DNA of 64,000 bases from Hyaloraphidium curvatum SAG 235-1 (GCA_025558095.1 JAIVFI010000031.1:434001-498000), one strand, 5' to 3'; shown: positions 10,684-23,841, counted from the stretch's first letter. Program-made: numbers and translations. The notes: generated from the letters alone by a model not told the origin.

Positions 10684-11770
10684 ATGGCCGAATTCTTCCC
10701 TCCGCCATCGCAGCAGCCCCCGGCGCCAATCATCGTCGAACCATCTAGTACTCCCCACACCGCCTCGGTCCTGATCCTCCACGGGTGTGTTGGCCACCTG
10801 CTCACACGGACAATGTCTTGACCAGCGCGTGCGTCCTTAAGATACGGAGATTCCGGGGATGGTTGGGAGATGCTGCCCTCCCGGACGAAAGCTGCTCTCC
10901 CGCACGCGAAGTGGATTCTGCCCAGCGCTCCCATGGACGATGTGGTGCAGATGCGGTCTTGGTTCGAGATCAGGTTGGAGTCGCATTGTCTCTAGTCGGC
11001 CATCCGCGTCTGAAGAGCTGCCTCCCCGTGCGATTCTAGCGACGAAGCTATTTCGAAGTGGCGGGAGCACGGGCAGAAGGATTCAACCATTGTGGACCCT
11101 CCCGCCGAACCCGCGGCGATGCTGTCGAACGTGACAAAGGGCGAGGATCCCCTGGCGCCGTTTATCCCAGCGATCCGATATGTGCAATCGTTGATCGACG
11201 CGGAGCTTGCTTCGGGGATTCCGAGTGACCGGATTGTCATTGTGGTGGGTGAAAAGGCCCGTTTCCTGCGGTACGGCGTCAACCTCTTTGTGTGCAGGGA
11301 TTTTCGCAAGGGGGTGCTTTGGCTCTGCTGGCGAGCTTGTTGGGGGAGCAACGTTTCGATGCTGAGGGGAACGCGATTGCTCCGGCGGCCGGCGGCAAGT
11401 ATGCCGCTGTTTTTCCCATTGGGACGTTCCTCCCTGCCGGAGACGCCTGGAAGCAGTGGAAAGCCGGAGGGTCGAAGTGGAAGCCGAGCGAAGCCAACGC
11501 AACCACTCTGCACTGCTTAATGCATGGTACCTCGGACATGCTGGTGCCGCACAGCGCCTCCGAGACCACAGCCGCGATTCTCAAGGAGATTGGGTTCCAA
11601 GGAGCCTTCTTTCTGCCTTATCGGGGCGTCCAGCACTGGTTGGTCTGTCTTGTCCGACAACTCGGCTGTGTTCTCTAACTTCCCTTCTTCGCAGGGTCTC
11701 GGACAAGCAGATCGAGGACCTCGGCAGTTTCCTTGCGCGGCTTTTGCCTCAGCTTGAGCACACGCAATAG
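10684..11770 (+). CDS. Phospholipase/carboxylesterase (acyl-protein thioesterase-like alpha/beta hydrolase), multi-exon
   Basis: HTASVLILHG|YGDSG, KWILPSAP, MRSWF, GIPSDRIV, GFSQGG nucleophile, HGTSD, GVQH. Confidence 0.85.
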
Positions 11771-11834
11771 GGAGTGGTCTGTAGTCTATCGGTGCCTTGT
11801 AATTCTCGATACCCAGCTACAAACCGCTCTTGGT

Positions 11835-14800
11835 CTACGCCTGCTGCTGCCGCAATGCCTCCTGCTCGGCCCTGAACTTTTGGTAGTTCCGCCAGCCTGG
11901 AAAGTGTCGGTCAACTCCGCGAGCGCAAACAAACGATTCGATCTGGCTCACCGAAGAAGGCCGCACCCGCTAGGAAGATGTTGCCGGTGCCGAGCACGAA
12001 GACGACGCCCATGACCTTGAGCGCCGTCGACAGGATCGGCACCAGATCCGCGGGCGTCGTGTTCATTGCTTCCTCCAACATGGCGGCGAAAATGTCCGGC
12101 GCAAACAGCCACGTGCAGAACCGGTCCCACAGCAGGGTGCCGGCGATCGTGGCCGAAAGCAGACCCACGACGCGGTAGCGGAACGCATCGTCTGGGAAGG
12201 GTACGAGCTGCAGCATCTCGTTCAGCATGGGCACCATCTCCCAGGCGGCAACGACGACGGCGGCGATGCAAATAAAGACAGAAAGGAATAGCGCGTGGTT
12301 CTCCATCATGCCCTTCATCCACGGCCGGCCCTTGTAGTTGGCAAAGAAGACGGAAATCATCTGCGACGTCTCGACCAGGAAGACGACGCTGTTGAGGAGG
12401 TTGGGCATGAAGGGGGCGGTCCAGAACGCCTGGGCAAGGCACACGTAGTCCGAGTCGCCGCAGTTCGCGTAGACATCGATCTCCTTGGCCTTGGCTTTGC
12501 GGAAGAACTCGGTGACTTCGGCCAGCTTCTCGGGTCCCATTGCGTCCGTCGCCCACTGCACGGCGAGCGTCATGCAGGCGATGTGGATGAGAGCCTGGCC
12601 GAAGATGGAGCAGATGACGCTGGGGTGGAAGAGCGAGCGGATCGGCCGCAGCGGGTGCATGCGGTCGATCGGAGAGGCGTAGGAGAAGGCCACGGCGGCC
12701 GTCATGATGAGCCAGGACGAGGCCATCATCTGCCTTTCGCTCGAGCGGGCGTTGTGCAAGGTGAGGGCCGAGAGAGTGTAGGCGGCGATCGTGCTCTCCA
12801 GCATCATGATCTGCTGCTGCATGAGCGCCGAGAGCAGGGTGCACCTGCCCTGCCTGATCAGGTCCACGACGGCCCGGATGGAAGGCACGCGGCTGGTGAA
12901 GGGCGCGGCGACGCTGGCATCGCCGGGGCGGATCATGGGTAGCGTGCTCGGATCGCCGCTGTCGGCCTCGAGCTGGGCCATGAGGGTCCCAAACATGCCG
13001 CCCTTTTCCGCGGATCCGGCGCCCTTCTTGGGATCCCAGATCTGCCCGTGCACGGCGTGGAACCGCCTGTTTTCGGCCTCCATGGCGTTGCGCATCTTGA
13101 CGGCGTTCTCTTTCATGACGGTCCAAATGGCAAGGTACTCTCCCTTTTCGGTCCGCTCCTGGATCTCCTTCTGCACCGCAGCCGTGTTCTCGTTGTTGTA
13201 CCGCGCCTGGAAATCCTTCATGTGCTTGTTTAGCGCCGCCTCAAACTCCTTGCTCTTCTTCTGCAGCTCAGCCGTGTGCTTGTTCAGGGCCTCCTCCGCG
13301 TTCTGGCCCTCCGCGCCGACCTCGTCCGAGGTGTTCGAGTCCCCGTGGCCCGCAAGCAGCGCCATGGACACGTCCGCCTGCTTCAGCGCACCCACGTCGT
13401 TACCACCGTCGCCGCACATCAGCACGTGCGCGTCCGCGTCGGCGGACTGCACGGCGCGGATCACCGCGGCCTTGCCGTGCGGGCTCATCCGGGCAAAGAC
13501 CTTGAAAGATCCCGCGTGCTGCCATAGCGGGGACTGCTTGCCTCCGGAAGACTCCGTCGCGGCCAGAAAGTCCCCCTCGGTGCAGACCAGGTCGAATCTG
13601 GCCGCCAACTCGCCCACGCGCGCCGCGTCGAACTCGGCCTCGTGCACCGCACCGTCCGCGCCCTCGCAGTCCCACCAGAACTTGCCGCCCGCGTTCCGCA
13701 GCGTGGCCGTCCTGCCGCCCGAGATGCCGACGGCCTTGGCCACGTGCACGCTCGTGAGCAGGCCGTCGCCCGTGAGCATCCCCACGGCGTGCCCCGACTC
13801 GCGCAGCGCGCGCACGACTGCCCCGGAATCCGCACGGACCTTGCACTCGAACGCCGCGAAGCCGGCAAACTGCAGCCCGGATTCGACCCACTCCCGCGGC
13901 CGCTCCGCGGGGCGGTCAGACGCCTTGGCCGACTTGTACGCCAGCGCGAGCACCCGCAGGCCCTTCCGGGCCATGCCCTCGTAGCAAGCCTGGTACCACT
14001 CGGGCGCCGCACCCTCTTCCAGAAGGCCCTTGATCGCCTCGGGCGACCCCTTGACGAGGCACACCCAGTCCTCCTTGCCGCTCCCGCGCGGGATTCCCTT
14101 GGCCACCACGCTCATCCTCTGCAGCCCCGAGGCGAAATGGTGCCTCGCGACCACCTCGACGCGCGCATACCGGCTCTCCCCCGCCTTCTTCTTGGCCTCG
14201 GCCACCCCCGCTTCGGCCTCTGCCACCTCCTGTTCGGCCTTTTTCGTCTTGGCCGCGTGCTCCGGGGTGCGCTGCGACGAGGGGACCGACTGCAGCTCCG
14301 CCAGCCGCTTCTTGACCACCCCGAGCGCGAGCTCCCGCAGACGAAACACCCCCGGCGTCGCCGCCGACGACGCGTGGTCCCAGGTCCACTCGACGCCCTT
14401 GAGCGCCGCGAGCTCGATCGGGTCGCCGGCGAGGTGCTCCCTGGCCGCCGCTTTGGCGGGCTGATCGTCCTTCTTGGCGACCTCGGAGGAGGACCCGTTG
14501 GCCTGCTCGGCGCCGTTGGCCTCCTTGGCCTTGTCGTCCTTCTTGTCCGCCACCGCCACGATGGAATGGCACGCCGCGAGCACCACCGCCGCCATCCCCT
14601 TGGCCTCCTTGACCTCCTTCATCCCCCACGTGTCCTCGGCCCGGCCCGCCCCGTCGGCGTTGACCACCCCGACGGGCACGAGGCGGTCCGTCGTCACCGT
14701 GCCGGTCTTGTCGAACACGACGTGGGACACCTTGCCGGCGAGGGGGACCTTGTGCGGCTCGGTGCAGAAGATGCCGGCGCGGAAGAGGGAGAGGAGGGCC

Positions 14801-16607
14801 GTGTGCACCGCCGTGGCCATCTTCGGACGGGCAAACGGCGTCAGCGAACACGCCCGAGCGCAGGGGACGTCATGCCACGAACCTGCATCGGCAGCCCGCG
14901 TGGCACGACCGAGGTGACGATCACGATCGCCCGCACCACCAGCTCCTGCACGTCCTTGCCCTTCTCCCTGCCCTCCCTCCACACGTACCCCGCCGCCACC
15001 AGCGCGAAAGAAAACAGCAGCAGCAGTGCCATGAACGTCTCCCTCGTGTCCGACGACACGGGGCTCTGCGAGTAGGCGATGAGCTGCAGCAGGCGTCCCT
15101 GCTCCGAGGCGAAGCCCGTGCGGAGGACGACGGCGACGAGGCCCTTGGCTTCGGGGAGGGGGGCGCCCGAGGGGAGGGGCTGCGTGGGAGGGGTGGCGGA
15201 GAGGAGGGTGGTGCCGGAGGAGAGGCAGTGCGTGCGGTGCGCCTCGGCGGGATCGAGCGGCGCAGAGGCCGAGCCGTCGGCGGGGGGCGCCAGGGGGTCC
15301 TTGAGCAGCGGGATGGATTCGCCTGCACAGAGCATTAGGCAAGCGATGGGGGGAACCGCCCCGCAGGCAACGAACCGGTGAGCATGGCCTCGTTGACGAC
15401 GCCGTTCCCCGCCACCAGCACGCAGTCGAACGCGATGTTCCCCTCCTCCACCAGCACCAGATCCCCGGGCAGTACCTCCTTCTCCCCCACCTCGATCCAC
15501 GCGCCCCTGTACACGCGCACCTTGCGCGGGGGCGGCGACAGGGTGCCCAGCATCCCCGTCGTCCGGGTGCGCTGCAGCACCGTCATGCCCTCGAACATGA
15601 CCGTCGAGCCGATGCTGATGCCGGTGTAGGCGAGCGAATAGCCGTCCAGGAACCACAGGAGGGCGGAAAAGACCTGGAAGACGGCGAGCGGGGAGAGCAT
15701 CTGCTCGAAGAGGAGCTCCCAGAAGCGCGGCGGGGGCAGGGCGACGTCGTTGACGCCGTACATGTCGCGCAGGGCGGGCACTTTGGACGGGTCGATGCCC
15801 GCGCTGTCGAGGTAGTGCGACAGGGGGAGCGAGGTGGGCAGGGGCAGCGGCAGGATGGCGTCGCGGTGCAGGAGCAGCGGCTGGCGCTGGAACGTCAGCC
15901 TTGCCAGCGGCGGGCCGGGGTCCCCGGCGTCGGCGGACGGCGGCGGCGCGTTCTCCTGGTACGCCTTGGCGTCGATCGCCCAGTCCAGCGGTACTATGGC
16001 GGGCTTGCCCCTGTTTGGCGGCGGGAACACGATGGCGTGCGTGGCGTCGCCCCTCCGCACGGCCGGCGCGGCGTCGTACAGCGCGGCGGCCTCGAACGGC
16101 GGGTACCAGCGGCAGCAGAGGTGGAACAGCGCGTGGGCGGTGATTGCGCCGAACAGGCCGAGCATGGGCAGTGGCGACGGCAGCCAGCCGGGCGGCAGCG
16201 CTTCCTCGGCGGCCTTGAAATCAAAGTCCTCGTCGGTGCTGTTCTTCGCGCGGGTGACATTGGCCTTGAACCCGCCGTCCAGATCGGACTCCGCGTCGAG
16301 ATCGGAAGCCGCGTCCAGGTCGTCCGCGCCGAAGTCGTCGAGCGCGTCGAACGCGCGCTCGTCTGCCGTCTCGCGCTTCTCGGCCAGCGCGAGCTCTGCC
16401 ACGCGGCGCGGCTCGCCGACGGTGCGCCACACGGCGGGCAGCACGAGGGCGTACAGCAGCACGGCCAGGGAGATCCACGCGAGCCGCTTGGCCGGCGCGC
16501 CGCGGAGCAGCCTGGCCGACACGCGGGACAGTCAGAGATCTGCAATCCCGCCGCACTCGGCAGCCCCACCTGGCCGCAGCCGGCCCGCCCGACACCCGGA
16601 TATCCAT
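11835..16607 (-). CDS. P5A-type P-ATPase (SPF1/ATP13A1 family, divergent), multi-exon
   Basis: PLAVFQVF, NEAMLT|GES, FDKTGT, KGSPE, MCGDGGNDVGALKQAD, GDASVAAPFTS, IRQGRCTL, NYKGRPW; first exon MDIRVSGGPAAA at 16607, last exon ...RQQQA*. Confidence 0.93.
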
Positions 16608-16733
16608 CTCGCGCGGCCTGCACCCGGTTGAACGTGGCGAGAGTTTTGCAGGCACTGGTCGAATCCCTTGGCCAAACAAGTACACCGGACATCGGCTGGC
16701 CGGCCCGATCCCCCGATCTCGGCGTCGGTAGCG

Positions 16734-18895
16734 ATGCGGACGACGACGCTCGACCTCCCGTTCGCGGCGGCGCGCTTCACGTCGACGCTCGCGCCGTCGG
16801 ACCACCCGCTGTTCGCGTCGCTGGTGCTCGCCTGCAGGAAGGGCGACCTCGAGACCGTCAAGCGGCTGATCGCCGCCGACGTGCCGGTCAACGCGCGCGA
16901 CGCGTTCGATGCGACGCCTTTGTACTACTCCGCGCTGTGCGGCCACGAGGCCGTCGTGCGCTTCCTGCTGGGCGCCGGCGCGCAGGCCGACCCGACCACG
17001 TTCGAGGGCGAGCGCTGCCTGTACGGCGCGCTGACCGACTCGATCCGCGCGCTGTTGCGGAACCACAAGTACTCGACGCGCAGGGACGAGCGGCAGGACT
17101 TCGCACTATGGCTGGCGGGGTTGCTGGCGGGCTCCAGGCTGCTGCACGACCCGGGCCACGAGTCGCCGGCGCTCGCGGACTTCCCGCCCGACTTTGCCTT
17201 CTACCTGTCGGGCGAGCGCATCCCCGCGCACCGCTTCCTGCTGGCCGCGCGCTCGCCCTTCTTCGCCGCAAACCTGGCCACCCGCTGGCGCGACGCCGAC
17301 TACGCCCGCGTGCGCTCGCGCGTCGACGCAGACGTGTTCCGCGCCTGCATCCGCTGGTTCTACACCGGCCGCGCGGACGACACCGTGCCCGAGTCGCTGT
17401 ACCCGGAATGGATCCGCGTGTGCGGCGCGCTGCACCTCGGCGAGCTGCGCGCGCAGGTCGAGGAGCTGCAGCGCGCGGCGGAGGAGCGCGAGCTGTGGGA
17501 GCGCGAGCACCCGCACCACGGGCGGCACCACCACCCGCGGACCGCGATCCGCGCCGCGCTGGGCGCGCGGAATCTGACGGGCAAGGTGGAGGACATCATG
17601 GGCGAGCTCGCGTGGCTCGTGGGCTGCCTCATTTCGAGCAGCCTGCGCGGCGGCGCGGCACCGGGACCCATCGCACCGGAGGCCAACGGGAACGTGCTCC
17701 GCGGGCCTTCGAAGGACCACTCATCTTCTTCCATCTTGGCTCTCGAACGCGCCCTGGCCGCATTCCGTGCCACTCACCCGGCAATCACGGACCCCCTCTC
17801 CCCGCCTCCGATCCCCGAACACGGCCCTTTAGTCGAACACCTCGTCGCCGCCGCCCGCCCGGACCTCCTCATCTCCGTCGGCCCGCGCACCTCCCCGACC
17901 CTCCTGCGGTGCCACTCGGGCGTCCTCCGCTCCCGCTCCCCGTACTTCTCCGCCATGCTCTCGGGCGGCTTCTCCGAACCCCGCGCCGGGCTCGTGCGCC
18001 TCGAGGAACCGGCGGACCCGCGCGTGGCGGTGACCGTCCTGCACTTCCTCTACTCGGATGCGCTCTTTGTGCCCCAGGCCCTGGACACCCCCTCGGTGCA
18101 CGACCTCCTCCCCGCCCCCGCCCTGCTCCTCCTCCCCCGCCTGACGTCGCTCGTCGCGAGCTACATCCTCCACCCCGCGCGCGAACGCGCGTGGGACAAG
18201 CGCGACGTGCTGCGGCTGCTCGAGGCGGCCGAGAGGCTCGGCGTGGGGAGGGTCGAGGCGTGGGCGACCGCGCGCGTCGCCGCGGAGCTGGAGGGGTACC
18301 TGCTCGAAGGGGAGGAGGACGCGCCGGAAGCCGAGGGCGAGGAAGAGGAGGAGACGCTGAGGGAGATGCTGGTGCGGATGATCGCCGAGTCGGCCGAGTG
18401 GGTGCGCGAGCGCGAGGAGGAGGATTCCGTGCCGGTGAGCCGCACCGTGCGCTGTCCGCGTGCCGTTCGGGCTGACGCGGCCCCGGTCCGCAGCTGCTCG
18501 ACGACCTGCGGTACCACCTCGCCCGCCGCTTCGGCGCCGACGACCCGCTCTCCTCGCTCCCCCTCTTCGGCCGCCCGCAGGAGGAATCCGACACGGACGG
18601 CGCCCTCTATGCCCGCCTAGCCGCGGAGCTCGACGCCATCCGCGAGGAGCTGGGCGTGCAGATCGTTGACGTCACCGCGTTCGAGGAGCCCGACGAGGAG
18701 CAGGAGGTGTGGGAGCCCGCGCCGGTGGGCAAGGGCACGGCGGAGTGGATCGCCGAGGAGGCGGACGAGGGCTGGATGGACGGGGTGGCAGGGGTGCTGG
18801 GGGACGAGGACGAGGAGGCGGAGAGGGAGGAGAGGAGGATGGCGAGGGAGGAGGAGCGCGGCAGGAGGAGGTGGGAGGTCAGGCAGGGGGCGTGA
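16734..18895 (+). CDS. Ankyrin-repeat and double BTB/POZ protein (ABTB1/Btb3-like Cullin-3 adaptor); intron ~18435-18493
   Basis: ACRKGD, VNARDAFDATPLYYSALCGH, FEGERCLYGAL, AHRFLLAARSPFF, RSRSPYF, REEEDSVP|LLDDLRYHL. Confidence 0.9.
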
Positions 18896-19010
18896 TTCTC
18901 GTTTGTGCGGAAGTGCAATTACTGCTGGAAATCTTCGACCGCCATGATGACGACGGGTGCGTCCCGACGTCCTGCCCAAATGTCATGCAGCTCCAGCGGC
19001 CAGCAAATCG

Positions 19011-20554
19011 CTATGGGGTGTTCACGATTCGTATCTTCGGATTCCACTTGCGCACGTTGTCGGCCCATTTCCTGTTGATCTTCAGGGGCTCGAACGGCAG
19101 CCCGAGGATCTCGAGCCTGGGCATCTTCCTAAGCGCCAGCGCGAGGTCGTCCTTCGTGACGAGAAAATGCGTCAGCGCGAGGTCGAGCTTGCGCAGCGAT
19201 CCGAGCGCGCAGATGGCATCCAGCATTCCTTCCCCGAGGGCCCCGTTCGGAGGCAGCGTGTCGCTGGTGAAGGAGAGAGTGACGAGGCGCGGGGTCCGGG
19301 ACAGGATGGCGGGGAGCTGCTCGCCCACGTCGCAGCCCATCAGGGACAGCTCACGCAGCCCGGCTGGGCAATTTGCAAACAGAACGCCGGCGTCGAGTTC
19401 CTGAAGGCAATTGACATGAGAAGACCGCCATTCTGCCGCGACTGGTGAAACTCACATCCAAGGGACAGTGTGCGAGCTGGATGCTTTCCAGTCGCGGATT
19501 GCACGCGAGCAACCGCGAAAAGACGGCGCCGCCTTCGTCCCACGGGTGGCTAACGAGCTCCAGGCTCGTCAAGGAGGTCGACTCGACGTTCTCGAGCCAT
19601 CCGATCGTCACGTCCTGGGATCGCCACAAGCCGGTGATGCTGAGCGAGAGCTCCTGGAGGTTGGCGGTGCAGCGTTTGACAAGCGCTGGTTCCGGCTGCG
19701 CAAGCCCGTCGGTGATCGACAGCTCGAGCGCCTCGAGATGTTTGATTCGGCCCAACAGGCTCTCCAAGTCCTCCGTCGCGGCGGGAGCCGCCTTCTTGGT
19801 CAGCGAGAGCTTCCTGACTCCCGCTGGAATCGCGGAAGCAAGCATCTTTGGAAAGCGACGCTCGACGCAGTCGGTTCCGACGGTCAATGAGCTCAAGTTC
19901 CACCGTTTGAGGCCCGCCAAAAAGATCTGGTCGTCGATGTTGACCCGGCGTAAATCAAGCACGCGGAGCGGGCAACCCGCGGCCGCCTCCAGGATCGCAT
20001 CCGTCAGCGACCAATCCAGGCCAGACGCATCATAGTTGAGCACGAGCTTGGCGAGATTGGGCAGGCGACCAACAATGGCTTCGAGGCTTTGAAGCACGGT
20101 CTCCAGGTTGCTCGACTTGAGCATCTTGAAGGGAGGCATTTGGACGAAGAGCGACCGCACGCAGGACCCGTAGAAAGACGACCGCGGCGAGGTCGTCAGG
20201 GCGCCGAGAAGCGATTTTCCCTTCGTCGGATGTCCGAAAAGCTCCTCGACATAGGAATTCTCGCCCAAGTGCGACCAAATCTTCATGGCACCCGCGTGGA
20301 AAAAGGCGCGGTTCACGAGAAGCAGCGGCAACAGTGCCTTCCGCAGGCCCTTCGTGCACGTGCAATCCGGCGCGAACGCGTCGCCGTGGATAATGCCATT
20401 GTACGCCGGGCAGGTTCCAGCGACGAAGCTGGGGAAACGCGTGAGCGGGGCCAGGTCCAGAAAAGCGTCGTGGGCGGTCCCACTCGACGAAGCGGGCGAC
20501 GAGCTCTGCTGGCACGTCCGCCAAGGTCGGAGAGCTGCTGTTGTCCTCCGTCAT
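19011..20554 (-). CDS. F-box-like plus leucine-rich-repeat (RNI-like) protein, multi-exon
   Basis: LADVPAELV, LLLVNRAFF...KIW, YGSCVRSL; repeated LxxLxL (LPNLAKLVL, LRVLDL, LQELSL, LRKLDL, MPRLEIL). Confidence 0.7.
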
Positions 20555-20755
20555 TTGGGCGTGCGCACGGTGGGCACTGCACCATGTTCCGGCGACTCAA
20601 TGGACTCAACGCGGGACTTGGGTCACGCCGGCCCGCCCACCCGGGCACGGTCGAGGCGCTCAACATCTCCGTTACGGCCAGCATCATGCTTCAGGAGGTA
20701 TTCTCGGCGCGCTGCTATCACGGTGACGTTCACATTCCACAGCAACGAAGAATGA

Positions 20756-22158
20756 TTACAGCTTCAATTCAATCTTCTCGCCCATCAGCCCAACATTCTT
20801 GGCGATCGGCCCGCGGGGCAGCACCGGCTCGAGCCCGGCAAACCTCTCCTTGACGGCAGGGATCGCGTCCTCCTGGTGCGGGGCTTGCCTCGTGGCCGTT
20901 TCGGTGTGCCGCACGGTGTAGTCCGCGGCGAGCACCTCCGCCGGCGAGTCCGGGCTCAGCTCTCGCACCGGCTTGTAGTTGCCTTCGACCAGCGCCTGCT
21001 TGTGCGCAAGCTGAAACTCGTTGAAGGTGCCTTCTGCGCCTCCCATTCCGCGCGGGCGGAAGCCGAGGCGGGCCAGGGATTTGGGCGACATCTTGTCGAC
21101 GACGTCCGGGGCCAGGCTCACGACGAAGAGCTCCTGTTGTCTCAGAAAATGCATCCTCGAGTCCAGGATAAGGGCGGCGCGGCGACGGTCGGTCCTGTTG
21201 ACGCCAGCACCGTGCAGCAGCCGCCCTTCAAAGATGAGCGCGGTGCCCGCAGGGCCCGTAGCGTTGACGGGCGGCGGAAGGGGCGCATCGAGCTCCGGCG
21301 AGCGGGAAACGATGCGGTGCGAGCCGGGAATTACGAGTGTGCCGCCGTTGAGCTGCGTGAACTCATCGAGGAAGATGAGCACGTTGAGGCTCATCGGGCC
21401 TGCTTCGGTCTGGAACGGCGCCGACGACTAGAGGACGACAGCAGAGTCAGAGGGATCTGCGGCTTCGAGCTAGGCGCGCCTACCTGATCCTGGTGGAGGT
21501 TCTGCGGCAGGTTGTACTTGTCCGTAATCAGGGAAAGGTAGGTCGACACGACAAAGTCGTCCCCGAGCGCCTCGCGCAGGATCTGCTCGATCGCGGGTCC
21601 GCCCTGGATCGCCTCGGGCTCCATCTCGAACACGTGCCGGAACAACTCCCCCTTGTTGAGCAACGAGTGCACCAGCTGGACCGGGGGCAGCTTCTTCCCC
21701 GGCGGCGGTGCGCCCGCCGAGAAGTGGGCAACGCCGGCCTTTCTCTCGCCGTCGGCCTGCGCGTACACGCGGTCCCGCACCGCCTCGAGCTGCTTCGGCG
21801 AAAAGACTTCGGCGACGAGGCAGTATCCCCATTGGACGAGGTCCGCCCTGAGCTTCGCGAGATCGCGTGTCGGCCGGGGCAGCTCCTTGCCCTTCCAGTA
21901 CTCGGCCGACAGCGACCCCGGGCCGGTGTTGTAGTACAACTGAGGGTCCTCGAGATCGAGGCCGGGCACGGGACCGGCTGCCCTCGCCCGGGCGTCGGAG
22001 CCAAAGACGCCGAGGCCCTCGCGGGCGCCAATGTGGAAGTCGCGCTTGGCCAGGGCCCGGTACGGCATCCCGGACCGCACGTGCGCGGCGTAGGGGAGCT
22101 GCCGGTCCGGCGTGGACGCCGCAGCGACGGCCGACGGGTCGTACTCGGGCGGGGCCAT
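20756..22158 (-). CDS. Phytanoyl-CoA dioxygenase (PhyH) family Fe(II)/2-oxoglutarate dioxygenase; one intron
   Basis: GYCLV, QNLHQDQ (HxD), NGGTLVIPGSH, GRLLHGAGVN, RR. Confidence 0.88.
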
Positions 22159-22679
22159 TGGTCAGTCTGCGGTGGCGAAGGGAGGTGGGAGACGGGATTC
22201 GCCACTTCAGATCTCCCGGTGCCCATCCGCAGTTTCATCAGCATCTGCGCCCCTAGAAGGCTATTCGGACCAGGTCATTCCTTGCTCGACTGCAATTCTT
22301 TCAATTCGAGCCGCGATGGGCCTCATGAGATGTGAGATGGGTTCTGAGGGTCGATCACCTTCGTCCAATCAGGCAGCCGCGCGGCGACCGCTTCCGACAT
22401 ACGGCCACCGTGCTAGCAACGGCTTTTGTGGCGTTGATCTTCCTGCTATTGGTTGCCTGCTGCTCGGATAGAGGTCAGTAGTGTGAAGCCACTCGGACTC
22501 CTCTCGCCGTACAGATCACCCATCGCACTTTGCATCCTGCACTGCAAGTAATGGATTCGAGGAGCAACAGATAGTCAGATGCTGATGTATCGCTTGTCCG
22601 CACGGCGATCGACCAATCATGAGGAGAGTGCGACCATCGTCCCTCGACATCTCGTCCCACCTCGCTCCGTGCGAGAGCG

Positions 22680-23841
22680 ATGGAGCCCCGACTACCTCCC
22701 CTCCCTGACCCGCCGACCGACTCGGTCCTGCGCGGACTTCGCGACTTTTCCAACCCCACGCCTTCCTTCCTCGACGGAGCACGCACGACGCAGGAGTTGT
22801 CCCCCCGCGCGAACAGCGGCTGGCGCGCGGCGCTGCGTGCCCTGAGGGGGCGGTTCGAGGCGCTGGAGGGGGAAGTGGAGGCGGCGAGGGAGAAGCTGCG
22901 CGGGGCGGAGGGGAGGAAGGTGAAGGCAGAGGAGGTTCGTGGTCCCGGCGGGTTGAGAAGCACAGCTCACCGATTTTCGCGGTCCCAGGCGTTGCAGCGG
23001 GAGCAGGAGCTGCGCCGTGCGGAGCTGGAATCGCTCAGGCAGCTCCGAGGGGCGGTGGGCCTGTTGGAGGAGCAGTGCGAGGCGACGCAAAGGGGCGTCG
23101 AGAACGAGAGGGCGGCCGAGAAGGAGTGCCTCGAAGAGGCGGGGTCGCTCAACTCGAAGCTCGAGCAGAAGCAGAGGCAGCTCGACGAACTGAATGGTCA
23201 GGCGGCGGATCTGCTTGCCAGGGCGAGAACAAACGCCGCCGAGGCCTCCCGACGACAGACGACGCTTCTCGGCCTGAGCGCGGCGCTGCAGGACCGGCAA
23301 CCACCCAATGCAGCGGAGAGCGGAATTGCGGACGAGGAACTGGCTGCGACGGAGGAGGAGCTGGAGGAGCTTACACGCAGTTTGGCGACCGCGGAGGCCG
23401 AGCTCAAGAAGGAGAGCGAAAAGGGCGACGCCCTGAGGCAGATCACGGAACGGTACCGGGACCAGCTCGGGACGGATCCCACACTCGAGGTGGCGAGAGA
23501 GCGGTTTCCGGCAATCTTGGCGCGCAGCTGAGGAAGGCGGGAATGTGCACGGGGAGTGGGAAGCTGATGTTCGGCGGTCGCCATTCTGAGGATTCCTTCT
23601 CGTTCGACTTTTGAGCTGTGTCTTGTCTTGACAGTGGAGCTTGAGATTATGTACCAGCTCTGATCTGAGCAATCAGAGACGTCGTAGGCCCCTGGAAGCC
23701 AAAACGGAGTGGAAGGAGAGTAACATCGCTAGCTTCGAGAACCCCGACATGTCCACGTCCAGTTGCTCTAAATCACCGCCGCTTCACATTGTTCGAAGGT
23801 ACGAGACGGAGTCATGGTTAACGTCCGTTGACGATCCCTGA
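22680..23841 (+). CDS. Coiled-coil protein of unknown function; 3' exons inferred
   Basis: Long E/L/A/R/Q heptad-rich ORF; GT-AG introns can extend it in frame to TGA at 23841. Confidence 0.55.

Noticed and set aside
15815-18475. 886-aa ORF and similar long Arg/Pro/Gly-rich ORFs (43013-45190, 48135-49521, 32459-33928, 37399-39135)
   Set aside because: Off-frame or antisense shadows expected in very GC-rich DNA; no family motifs, and most overlap well-supported genes
22680-23531. Coiled-coil protein as kinetochore Spc24/Spc25
   Set aside because: No recognisable RWD-like C-terminal domain could be assembled
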